From the NCBI RefSeq assembly GCF_003991155.1, contig NZ_CP031294.1: a DNA stretch of 64,000 nucleotides; one strand, 5' to 3'. The position numbers were made by a program, and so were the translations under genes. Under the pieces are notes generated by a model. That model was not told the DNA's origin, searched no databases, and worked only from the letters and a program-made list of their open reading frames with translations. Origin of the DNA: Escherichia coli (GTDB taxonomy: Bacteria; Pseudomonadota; Gammaproteobacteria; Enterobacterales; Enterobacteriaceae). Within the stretch, counting starts at the first letter, position 1. Each line of letters begins with the position of its first letter. Positions 63,961 through 64,000 of the stretch are shown one piece after another.

Positions 63961-64000
63961 AAAGGCCACCAAAGCCGTCGAATAACAAGAGACATTTGGA

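Noticed and set aside
63440-63970. CRISPR array (regular ~22-bp repeats in two clusters)
   Set aside because: Repeats are directly adjacent with no unique spacers, are degenerate, and sit with DnaA boxes and GATC clusters; interpreted as iterons. No cas genes in the window.
63345-63995. ORFs 63345..63566 and 63801..63995 from the ORF track
   Set aside because: They lie entirely within iteron arrays and translate into repetitive HSGY/LYSG peptides; spurious.

Overview
64-kb window dominated by a siphovirus-type phage (possibly phage-plasmid) segment, interrupted by a ~12-kb block of chromosome- and plasmid-like DNA. All calls are from reading the sequence and ORF translations; no database search was run. 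1-17.1 kb (minus strand): lambda-like tail module (K, L, M, tape measure, G/GT chaperone, Ig-domain major tail protein), head-tail genes, Ig-like decoration candidate, capsid, scaffold, portal, TerL, TerS. 17.3-20.5 kb: operon of wHTH protein, GNAT-like protein, ABC-type ATPase and two ParB-like proteins. 20.6-25.3 kb (plus strand): SF2 helicase, lipoprotein, secreted protein, and a strongly promoted, doubly terminated three-gene cassette. 25.8-31.6 kb and 43.8-45.1 kb: small early genes each preceded by a conserved palindromic leader motif, plus a 1.5-kb GT-skewed non-coding stretch. 31.7-43.8 kb: Escherichia-type metG and apbC(mrp), an SOS-boxed orphan umuD/impA-like gene, and a complete Type IC (EcoR124-family) hsdM-hsdS-hsdR system with a triple TAEL repeat in hsdS. 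45-62.4 kb: RNase H, Dam-like MTase, DnaQ-like exonuclease, dNMP kinase, DHFR, thymidylate synthase, MazG-like protein, NrdB, NrdA, RuvC-like resolvase, SbcC/SbcD-like nuclease. 63.3-64 kb: iteron arrays, DnaA boxes and GATC clusters resembling a P1-type plasmid origin. No rRNA, tRNA or CRISPR array recognised by eye. Gene content resembles SSU5/pHCM2-type phage-plasmids, but that is inference. Motif coordinates are approximate (+/- 3 bp); several ORF-track starts are GTG/TTG and uncertain.
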